From NCBI GenBank assembly GCA_018865545.1, contig GCA_018865545.1_3633.1: 64,000 bases of DNA. One strand, written 5' to 3'. Below the pieces are notes generated by a model that was not told where the DNA came from, made no database searches, and saw only the letters and a program-made list of their open reading frames with translations. A program made the position numbers and the translations under genes. How positions within the stretch are numbered: position 1 is the first letter of the stretch; each line of letters starts with the position of its first letter. The DNA is from a phage. Shown in pieces: positions 56,676-64,000 of the stretch.

Positions 56676-57023
56676 TTAACCTTGTTTGAATTGAACAATA
56701 TCCGTCGAGAATGGTTTAGCTGCCTTAATAGGAGCTTTTTCTGAGTTATCTTTTTCGAGTAACTCTTCGTTTTCCTCATCAAAGTAATCAGAAAGCATCT
56801 GCTCACCTTTCTCAATAACATAACGAGCGATATTTTCTCTGATATTGTCTTTTGTATTCACATTCTTCATCAAATCCCTAAGAACCTGATGAGCTTCAGG
56901 AATCATTGCAATCAGATTCGTTTTCAAATCTAGGATATTTTTCTCTAACTGAATTGCATTAGATTCCTCTTTCAGAGGACGACCTTTCCCTCTTCTACGT
57001 TTTGTAAGCTGCTTAGTAGCCAT
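56676..57023 (-). CDS. Hypothetical protein
   Basis: Start moved to internal ATG 57023 (MATKQLTKRRRGKGRP...) because the annotated 5' part overlaps tRNA-Cys. Confidence 0.45.
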   Translation of the reverse strand: MATKQLTKRRRGKGRPLKEESNAIQLEKNILDLKTNLIAMIPEAHQVLRDLMKNVNTKDNIRENIARYVIEKGEQMLSDYFDEENEELLEKDNSEKAPIKAAKPFSTDIVQFKQG

Positions 57024-57111
57024 TTTAAAACCCCACTTAATGATATTATCAAATAAAAACATATCTGTCAAGTGGTATTTTAACATATTTACCAAGAAAT
57101 TGAAAGTTTGG

Positions 57112-57185
57112 AGCACGGTGTCGGACTTGAACCGACATATATCTGTTTTGCAGACAGATCCGTAACCAAATTCCGGCAACCGTGC
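57112..57185 (-). tRNA. tRNA-Cys (GCA)
   Basis: Acceptor GCACGGT/ACCGTGC, anticodon stem TCTGT/ACAGA, loop CTGCAAA, T arm GTCGG-TTCAAGT-CCGAC, discriminator U as expected for Cys; CCA encoded. Confidence 0.8.
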
Positions 57186-57264
57186 AATAAGTACCCCGAG
57201 TAGAGAACCTATAGAGTGGGTCTTACGAGCCGCGCTGACGATTCTCAAGTTGGGGTTAATCTGG

Positions 57265-57338
57265 TCGAGGAGACAGGATTCGAACCTGTGACCTACGGCT
57301 TAGAAGGCCGCTGCTCTATCCAACTGAGCTACACCCCG
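57265..57338 (-). tRNA. tRNA-Arg (UCU)
   Basis: D arm GCTC-AGTTGGATA-GAGC, anticodon stem GCGGC/GCCGT, loop CTTCTAA, T arm ACAGG-TTCGAAT-CCTGT; acceptor has one U-U mismatch; CCA encoded. Confidence 0.7.
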
Positions 57339-57538
57339 AGAATAAGAATGCTTTATAGTGTATGGTTACTCAACCTCACCCCAACTTCCACAGTTGGTGC
57401 TCTACGAGCATGACTACGTTTGAAATCAACGTTGCGCACCGATAGCTTTCTCACGCATTGTATGCCTCATTCCCAACAAATGCTGATCAGGCATTTATAT
57501 CGAATAATATAAGCTAATACACTATAAAACAAACTTGT

Positions 57539-57635
57539 GGCTGGGTGATGGAATCGAACCACCTATGTATTCAACGGCTAGCCCGTCTATTTTCAGGATT
57601 ATAAATCCTCGCCCTTGCCAAAGGGCTTACCCAGC
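57539..57635 (-). ncRNA. tRNA-like sequence with oversized variable region, anticodon uncertain (possibly UAU)
   Basis: Acceptor GCTGGGT/ACCCAGC, perfect D arm GCCC-TTTGGCAA-GGGC, T arm GGTGG-TTCGATT-CCATC, but about 30 nt between anticodon arm and T arm. Confidence 0.35.
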
Positions 57636-57640
57636 ATTGG

Positions 57641-57712
57641 TGCTCGCAGCAGGTTTCGAACCTGCAACCCCCTGCTTACAAGGCAGGTGCTCTACCGTTG
57701 AGCTATACGAGC
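57641..57712 (-). tRNA. tRNA-Thr (UGU)
   Basis: Acceptor GCTCGTA/TGCGAGC, D arm GCTC-AACGGTA-GAGC, anticodon stem CCTGC/GCAGG, loop CTTGTAA, T arm GCAGG-TTCGAAA-CCTGC; CCA encoded. Confidence 0.8.
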
Positions 57713-58077
57713 AATAAGACATTGCTTCCGATTAACAGCCTTGAGGCTTTACAGACCATATCTTGTGAGCCATAACCTGTGCCAAGGATTTCAGATGATA
57801 AACGAAATTTTATCTTTCAAGAATTAACTTTCAAGTTTCATCTTTTACATTTGACCATTGACCTTTATTGTATGAACTTTTACTTAGTGGAAACAACAAG
57901 GCATCTTCGTGTGCCTCGCTGCATCTATGTCCTGTATTATCCTCATACATATACGATACATGGTGGGGAATATTTAACCTCCAATCCCCAGGAGGCAAGA
58001 TGATGTAAACTTCGTTAATCAAAAGCAATGTTTTAAATTTCAAAACAAAGGAACGATAATGATATTATCAGAGCCTT

Positions 58078-58725
58078 TTAGAGAGAGTGCTCAATCTCAA
58101 TTTCTGTCTTAGCGTTTGACTCAGACAACGCAAAATCAACGTTAGACAAGAAATCTTCAATCTCTTCTTCAAGAGAACGAATCTTAGAAGCCAGTTCAAG
58201 AGGATCCACAACCGATGGTGTGTTCATCATTCGAATGGGAGCTTCCACAGTCTTAATCTGCTCTGCATCTGGCGCTTTATCACGTTGGATATATGGCGCT
58301 CTGGCATTTTCAAGTTTATCTTCCAGAGATTTTTCTTCTTTTGCCAGAAGAAGCTGTGCAGAAGCACGCTGTGCACAAAGTTTGTTTAACAACTCTTGTT
58401 TAAAGCAAATCGTCCGTTTGCGTTCGATTGCCTCAGCAACTGTCATAGACACCTTACCAATTTTGACAATTGTCTCAGCATTAGACTTGACAATTTTTGC
58501 CTTCAGTTCATCGCGAACTGCCAAGAGGTCTTGCAGACTTTGATAGTCGTTGATCGCAGATTTCTTAAAATCATCAACAGAGCCGATATAACCAGGAATC
58601 TTACAATTATTCTCAGTTCCTTTTGCAATCTTAATACATTCAAGGTTATAAATACGCTTATTGATCTTATCTTCAATCTTAGAGATAGAAGCAAGTGCAC
58701 GAGTTACGGAAATCTTAGTAGACAT
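58078..58725 (-). CDS. Hypothetical protein
   Basis: 215 aa ORF, predicted coiled-coil segments. Confidence 0.45.
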   Translation of the reverse strand: MSTKISVTRALASISKIEDKINKRIYNLECIKIAKGTENNCKIPGYIGSVDDFKKSAINDYQSLQDLLAVRDELKAKIVKSNAETIVKIGKVSMTVAEAIERKRTICFKQELLNKLCAQRASAQLLLAKEEKSLEDKLENARAPYIQRDKAPDAEQIKTVEAPIRMMNTPSVVDPLELASKIRSLEEEIEDFLSNVDFALSESNAKTEIEIEHSL

Positions 58726-59066
58726 TCAATCTCTCCTATGTAAATTAGCTTTGATAAAGTAACTATACAGAAAAACAAAAACTATGTCAAGAAAAATTTT
58801 AATCTTTTACAGCATCTTTTATAGAATCACAAAGATCTTGGACAAGATCAGATGTCGGTGACAAAATCATCTCGTCTGCTGCTGCTATAGCATCTGATGC
58901 TAAATCAACAAACGGAGTTGTTACCGCAGCAGTCACTTCAACAGCCGTTGTTGTTACATCGCTTGCAATCTTAAGCAAAGATCCTATCATAATCTCAACC
59001 CTCCTGAATGTCCGTGATTCCCTTTGTTTAATGACGCTGGCTCACGGTGGCACTCTCGTCAGTAAA

Positions 59067-59390
59067 TTATTTTTTAGTTTTCTTAACGTTTTCTACAGGA
59101 GTGCTTGTTTTCTGTTTCACTTCTCGTTCACGCTTTGTTTTCCCAGTACGGATACGATAGGAAGCAGAAATCACTTCACCACCAATGACACGAGACACAG
59201 ATTCATAATACATTTCAGTATTACCGTCTTCATCTTTGCGTTTTTTCAGAACTGCTACAGTTTGCGTTTTGCCACCAAGACGCACATCGTGCGGTGCAGA
59301 ATGTGTCTGCGTGGATTTTGATTCAAACTGAAAAGGTTGCTTGATCGCCTCGATAGCTGATACCTTTTTAGCAGACTGTTTCTTAGCCAT
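59067..59390 (-). CDS. Hypothetical basic protein (possible nucleic-acid binding)
   Basis: 107 aa, Lys/Arg-rich N- and C-termini. Confidence 0.4.
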   Translation of the reverse strand: MAKKQSAKKVSAIEAIKQPFQFESKSTQTHSAPHDVRLGGKTQTVAVLKKRKDEDGNTEMYYESVSRVIGGEVISASYRIRTGKTKREREVKQKTSTPVENVKKTKK

Positions 59391-59445
59391 TAAGTTTTCT
59401 CCTCCGAAAACAATAAACCTAGTTTATTTCGTGTGCCACATTTGG

Positions 59446-59518
59446 TGGCCCCTGCTGGACTTGAACCAGCGACCAAGCGATTATGAGTCACCTGCTCTAA
59501 CCACTGAGCTAAGGGGCC
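59446..59518 (-). tRNA. tRNA-Met (CAU), second copy (initiator, elongator or Ile-lysidine type not resolved)
   Basis: Acceptor GGCCCCT/AGGGGCC, D arm GCTC-AGTGGTTA-GAGC, anticodon loop CTCATAA, T arm GCTGG-TTCAAGT-CCAGC; CCA encoded. Confidence 0.75.
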
Positions 59519-59851
59519 GTATCTCTTTGGTATGAGATGATGTTATCCTGTATGATCTACATTGTCAAGAGATATTTTAAAATTTTATACATCCCAGTTT
59601 TCTTCTTGATGACACCCTTCCCCGAAACCAACTTCTTTTTCAAAATCAATACCTTTTTTCATACATTCCTCACATTAAGAGATATTATTTTCAAACTCAA
59701 AACGTAAAATACGAACTCTGTCAATGCATTGTTGTAATCTACAAAGCAACAACTCAACTTGTCTATGCGTCTCTTCAGTATACGTTTTGGTCATCTTGCT
59801 TTTCTCCGCGATCTTTTCATTGCAGCTTCTGCACGTCTTTGTTTACGATTT

Positions 59852-60100
59852 TTATACGGTTGTTCTAAGGATCCTGATAACGTACTTTGTTGTACTAATC
59901 CCTTCGATGGGGTAGAAATAATATAACCCGCCTTCTTCACCGAACGATGCAATATATTTCCAGGATTCAATTCCAAAACCAGTTGTAGAAAAAGCGACAT
60001 CATCCGCTTCTTCAAGCGCATCATCATGTGTTTTATGAAAAGACTCATGTTCTACGTACTCCCCGTTATCAGACTTAAGAACCATTTTTAATTTAAACAT
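59852..60100 (-). CDS. Hypothetical small acidic protein
   Basis: 82 aa ORF; alternative overlapping frame 59791-60048 not favoured. Confidence 0.35.
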   Translation of the reverse strand: MFKLKMVLKSDNGEYVEHESFHKTHDDALEEADDVAFSTTGFGIESWKYIASFGEEGGLYYFYPIEGISTTKYVIRILRTTV

Positions 60101-60168
60101 AACAAATCACCACTAACTTTATTTTTATCTTGTTATTAGATCTTATCAGTGGTGTTTATTTTTGTCAA

Positions 60169-60375
60169 TTAAACTATTCCAGAAGCCTTGACACCACGTT
60201 CGTATTCTGATACTGCAATCTCATGAAGGGAAAGGTCACATGAGGCATCCTTGCAAAGACCTACTTCGATGTAGTGTTCTTCTAGTCCGTCAAGGATATC
60301 TGGCTCCCACGCTTTTTTCATGTCTGTGTGGACTGATGCACGGTTTCTGTCGTGCTTGACTACGAAATTTCTCAA
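60169..60375 (-). CDS. Hypothetical small protein
   Basis: 68 aa ORF immediately downstream of NAMPT terminator. Confidence 0.35.
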   Translation of the reverse strand: MRNFVVKHDRNRASVHTDMKKAWEPDILDGLEEHYIEVGLCKDASCDLSLHEIAVSEYERGVKASGIV

Positions 60376-60391
60376 AACGCTCTCCTAGAGA

Positions 60392-60417
60392 TGAAAAACC
60401 CCTCCGTGCGGAGGGGA
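60392..60417 (-). terminator. Rho-independent terminator candidate (minus strand) after NAMPT gene
   Basis: cccctccg-tgcg-gagggg hairpin; minus strand has T-run after the hairpin. Confidence 0.5.
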
Positions 60418-60429
60418 ATGATTATGCTG

Positions 60430-62145
60430 TTAAAGCTGTGACAAAGCTCTTTGGCGAATTTCTTCAAGATCCTCATCCACAAGCAGCTTACCATTAACAA
60501 AAACTGTTCTAAGCTCGTTATCAGGGTCAGATACCTGATTAATACCAAGATTATCTACCAGCTTCAACTCACCATCATCACCACGAATAACTTTAACAAA
60601 ACCTTTCGCAGATTTCTTCCCAAGATCAGTCTTAGGCTCTTTTACAACCATTACTTGTCTGCCATCAATCACAGCACCAGTAGCTTTTACAGCCATCCCA
60701 AGAGAATCACGAGTTGTATATTGCGTTGTATAAGATCCTACACCAAACACAATGTTGCTGGAAGCAAAGCCTCGTTCTTCAAGGCGCTCAAAGATCTCTT
60801 TAGCACGAGAGATTGTGATAGAGTCTCCGTAGATTAAACCAACATGGCTATCAAGAACTTTGTAACCCAAAGAGTTTACACTACCACCAAAGATTTCCCA
60901 CAAGCATTGTACAGCACCCTTAACCTCCTCTTTGGTCAGATAATTTGTAAACTCATCACCTGTCAAAGATTTCCAATCTACGAGGTTGCCTTCCGAATCT
61001 CGCATCCATGAAGTGTCTCTGGACATCTCGTACAGAGTAACATATTTGCCATTCTTAAACAGCACAGCATCCATGTCACAGCACTGACCAGTTGCCCATT
61101 CTTCCTGGGAGCACACACGATAGCCAGCAATAATGTGCTCTGGGATCCCACTGTCCGGTCGAAAGACCAGCTTGCCATCACGAGACATAATCTCATCTTT
61201 CAGGATTTTGGCTGCCTGTGTAATGATTGCCCAAAAATCATAGCTGTCTGCGACGTATGAAGCATAGCCTGACGGAAAAATCTCTGTTGCATAACGCTTT
61301 AAGAACTCAACTTCAGCACGAAAACGTGCTTCAGCAAGCGACATATCAGGATTTTCCTGCTGGATACGCTCAACAATAAAACCAATGTTCGTTGTCGCTA
61401 CGCTATGCTCAGATGCGGGAATAGACCCAGCAACAAAGCGACCTTTCATGTTGTAATAGCGATTTGCGTAAACAATCGCTGGAATTGTATCTGTGCCCAT
61501 TGAGCTAATCAGTTGCCCAAATTCGCTCTGTGCTGCGTCATGTGTTCCAGCTTCACCACGGTATGCAAAACAATGGTTCTGGAAAGGAACGTGATCGTTG
61601 TTATCACATGTTTTCTTTGCCCACAGTTCTGATAGTTTACGGTATTGCCAGAAAGTCGTTGCCGTGGTAATCGTCTTCCAAGTCTCCGAAGAGATCACGC
61701 TCTCAAGGAAGTTTGGCAGCCAGTAAAAATCAGGGTGCGTATTCTGAATCGTGAACATAGGAACCTGAACAGGAACAAGAGTTCCTTCAGGCAAGGCTCT
61801 AATTTCAATTGGGAGATAGCCAAGATCATGCAATCTCTCAAAACCCCAAGTTTCAACAGCACCCTTCCCAATGCTCAAATCACAAATCTCTTTGTAATCC
61901 TGAATCGCCTTTTCTTTCGGTAAAGCAAAGAAATTATTATTAAACATGTCAATCAGGAACCACTTGATAAATCCCTGAAGACCAGCAAACATCACACGAT
62001 GGTCATCATCTGCAAAGTGTACAAAGTGTTTCGCATTGCGTGGTGTCATGTTGTCTTGAACAAACTGTGAACGTTTGTCGTACATCGAGATGTGACTTGG
62101 TTTATAAAAATCTGCAAACAGCAATGGACTTTCTTTGTGAAGCAT
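60430..62145 (-). CDS. nadV: Nicotinamide phosphoribosyltransferase (NAMPT/NadV-like)
   Basis: 571 aa, size and many conserved stretches typical of NAMPT family (e.g. GSIPASEHSV, YGDSITISRA, GVGSYTTQY); adjacent to PRPP synthetase. Confidence 0.8.
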   Translation of the reverse strand: MLHKESPLLFADFYKPSHISMYDKRSQFVQDNMTPRNAKHFVHFADDDHRVMFAGLQGFIKWFLIDMFNNNFFALPKEKAIQDYKEICDLSIGKGAVETWGFERLHDLGYLPIEIRALPEGTLVPVQVPMFTIQNTHPDFYWLPNFLESVISSETWKTITTATTFWQYRKLSELWAKKTCDNNDHVPFQNHCFAYRGEAGTHDAAQSEFGQLISSMGTDTIPAIVYANRYYNMKGRFVAGSIPASEHSVATTNIGFIVERIQQENPDMSLAEARFRAEVEFLKRYATEIFPSGYASYVADSYDFWAIITQAAKILKDEIMSRDGKLVFRPDSGIPEHIIAGYRVCSQEEWATGQCCDMDAVLFKNGKYVTLYEMSRDTSWMRDSEGNLVDWKSLTGDEFTNYLTKEEVKGAVQCLWEIFGGSVNSLGYKVLDSHVGLIYGDSITISRAKEIFERLEERGFASSNIVFGVGSYTTQYTTRDSLGMAVKATGAVIDGRQVMVVKEPKTDLGKKSAKGFVKVIRGDDGELKLVDNLGINQVSDPDNELRTVFVNGKLLVDEDLEEIRQRALSQL

Positions 62146-62210
62146 GGTCTCAACCCTCCAATCCTAAAAAGCGTATTTTTTCACTAAAACGTATCTTTGT
62201 CAATACCTAC

Positions 62211-63014
62211 TTAAAAATTTTCTGTCCAGTCGTAATACGCATAAATTTCGTCAACACCACCGTCGAGAATAAATTCTTTCCCACGAGAGAAAATTCCATG
62301 CGTAACATACAAAATAACACGTTTTGCACCAGCAGCTTTCAAGGCTTGAGCTAAGTTTGTAAACGTAAACCCACCATCGCAGATATCATCGACAATCAGG
62401 CATGTCTTCCCATCGACATCACCAAACACTGTTGTACCTGTGATTGCCCCTGTCGAAACATCACGGACTTTACCAGCCTCCACCACACACAAATCCAAAG
62501 CATCAGCAACTTTCTGGGCCTTCTTGCGTGCTCCTGCATCTGGAGCAATCAGAACAAGTGATTTAAGCAGGTTAAAATCAAAATTCATTCCAAGAAACAA
62601 CTCCGCTTGAGAACGAATTTTCACGTTATCAATCAGTGCTGCGGATACGTCACTGTGCGGGTCATCGACAATGACTTTGTGGAAACCAAGTGAATTAATC
62701 ATTGTGGCAAAGACTTTCACCGATAGAGATTCTCCAGGGTTCATAACTCGGTCTTGTCGAGCATACGGAATGTACGGCAGGTGTAAAACCTTTTCCACAC
62801 CAACATCCAAATTGCCAAGACGATTAACTGCATCAACAAGCAGTGCCAAACACATCACATCCTGTGAGTTCTTGAGTCTAGCGAAGATATCAACAAAACC
62901 AATCGAACCATGCGGAACATGACGCATATCGATCTTAATCTGCTCCTCACCACCACTAAATGTGAAATGGTCAACTGGCACATGTAGCTTGTTCAAACTC
63001 AAACGAATATTCAT
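62211..63014 (-). CDS. prs: Ribose-phosphate pyrophosphokinase (PRPP synthetase)
   Basis: 267 aa; CLIVDDICDGGFTF (PRPP-binding DDI-DGG-T motif) and overall Prs-like layout. Confidence 0.8.
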   Translation of the reverse strand: MNIRLSLNKLHVPVDHFTFSGGEEQIKIDMRHVPHGSIGFVDIFARLKNSQDVMCLALLVDAVNRLGNLDVGVEKVLHLPYIPYARQDRVMNPGESLSVKVFATMINSLGFHKVIVDDPHSDVSAALIDNVKIRSQAELFLGMNFDFNLLKSLVLIAPDAGARKKAQKVADALDLCVVEAGKVRDVSTGAITGTTVFGDVDGKTCLIVDDICDGGFTFTNLAQALKAAGAKRVILYVTHGIFSRGKEFILDGGVDEIYAYYDWTENF

Positions 63015-63436
63015 GATTTATCTCCTCTGATACGATTGACGATAATATAATTTCTTGGTTTCACGTTACCATCAGAATCCTGAAATCCTGATCTAACACG
63101 CCTGATATAACCAAAGCTCTCCATCCGGGACAGAAATTCAGACACTTTGGTTCGTGAGTTTTCATTCCACCCCAACAGGCCACACAAGGATTGTTGTGAC
63201 GGAAAGAATACCAGTTCCCCACCCAGAGGGTTCAGATTCTTGAAATACTCGTACCTCCACAACAAGCGTATCAGTCTTTGCAGATCGCTTGGTGATAAGC
63301 GTTCATCAAAAACCCACTCTGTCGGGACAGCGATGTACGACCCAGGTTTCGGATTTACATGGAAACCCCCAACAATAGATTTCAAGGCAAACTCCGGTGT
63401 GTAATCCAACACCGAGAATGCTACCCATAACCCCAC
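63011..63436 (-). CDS. Hypothetical protein
   Basis: 141 aa ORF, 4 nt overlap with prs-like gene (operon). Confidence 0.45.
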   Translation of the reverse strand: MGLWVAFSVLDYTPEFALKSIVGGFHVNPKPGSYIAVPTEWVFDERLSPSDLQRLIRLLWRYEYFKNLNPLGGELVFFPSQQSLCGLLGWNENSRTKVSEFLSRMESFGYIRRVRSGFQDSDGNVKPRNYIIVNRIRGDKS

Positions 63437-63439
63437 ACA

Positions 63440-63800
63440 ATGTCAACCCTCCCATATGTCCCCATTTCAGGGACATGGGTATGTCCCCGTTTTGGGGACA
63501 CAATACTAACTTATCAAATTAAACTAACTTATAAGATCTATTAAATATAATACTACGTATTATAATACTATGATCTATTTAATATATTATATATTATACT
63601 ACGTATAATATAATTTAATATGATCTAATATAATATAAATTATATAATATAATACTACGTATTATATATTATAATATATTATATAAAATTTATTTAAAAT
63701 ACATTAAGTCTTGAGGAATGTCAAGACTTGATTTTAAATATTTTTGTTGTTATGATTCGATTGAGTCGAATCGTATGGTTCGATGATTTCGAATCATAGA
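63440..63800. repeat. AT-rich noncoding region with tandem hairpins, direct repeats and iteron-like inverted repeats
   Basis: Two similar hairpins (atgtcccc...ggggacat at 63456-63476 and 63481-63501); three copies of aatactacgtat(t)ataata; hairpin aagtcttga...tcaagactt; four gattcga/tcgaatc motifs at 63754-63797; no ORF. Confidence 0.5.
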
Positions 63801-64000
63801 GTTCATAGTGTTTTGCCTGAAAGTGTGAGTCGATGAGACTCTTCAGGCAATACGTGAGTGTGTAAGATGCTCACTGCGCTGATAGCTTGTGACCATCTAA
63901 CCCTCATGAGCCATTCTGAGATAAACCCACATCAACAAACCCTACAGGTTTGTCTCTGTGTGTTGATCTCAATCATGGATTCGGGTTGTCACAAGTCACT

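Noticed and set aside
63521-63700. Possible CRISPR array suggested by repeated aatactacgtat(t)ataata motifs
   Set aside because: Repeats are short (about 16-18 bp), irregularly spaced, embedded in pure A/T with no unique spacers and no cas genes; better explained as origin or regulatory repeats.
1-64000. Prophage, integrase, or transposon content
   Set aside because: No integrase/recombinase, att-like flanks or transposase ORFs recognised; gene content is that of a virulent phage and the only mobile elements seen are introns, an intein and homing endonucleases.

Overview
This 64 kb window looks like part of a virulent, contractile-tailed (myovirus-type) phage genome, about 40% GC by eye. Layout: (1) 1-16.4 kb, plus strand: replication/early module with a C5-methyltransferase-like gene, a primase-helicase, a family A DNA polymerase split by a group I intron carrying an HNH endonuclease, a Dam-type methyltransferase, many small ORFs and an SSB-like gene. 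(2) 16.5-53.5 kb, minus strand: late module with terminase large subunit (an intein in the Walker A motif plus several group I intron-like insertions), portal, protease, scaffold, major capsid, tail fibers, neck, sheath, tube, a tape-measure gene split by a group I intron with an HNH ORF, baseplate genes, more tail fibers, and a spanin pair. (3) 53.6-59.5 kb, minus strand: at least 17 tRNA genes, most with genomically encoded CCA, plus two tRNA-like sequences. (4) 60.4-63.0 kb: NAD+ salvage genes (nicotinamide phosphoribosyltransferase and PRPP synthetase), followed by an AT-rich repeat region. The gene content is reminiscent of Felix O1-like phages, but that is an inference from memory, not a database hit. 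All calls come from reading the ORF translations and the DNA by eye; splice sites, tRNA folds and start codons were derived manually and are approximate.
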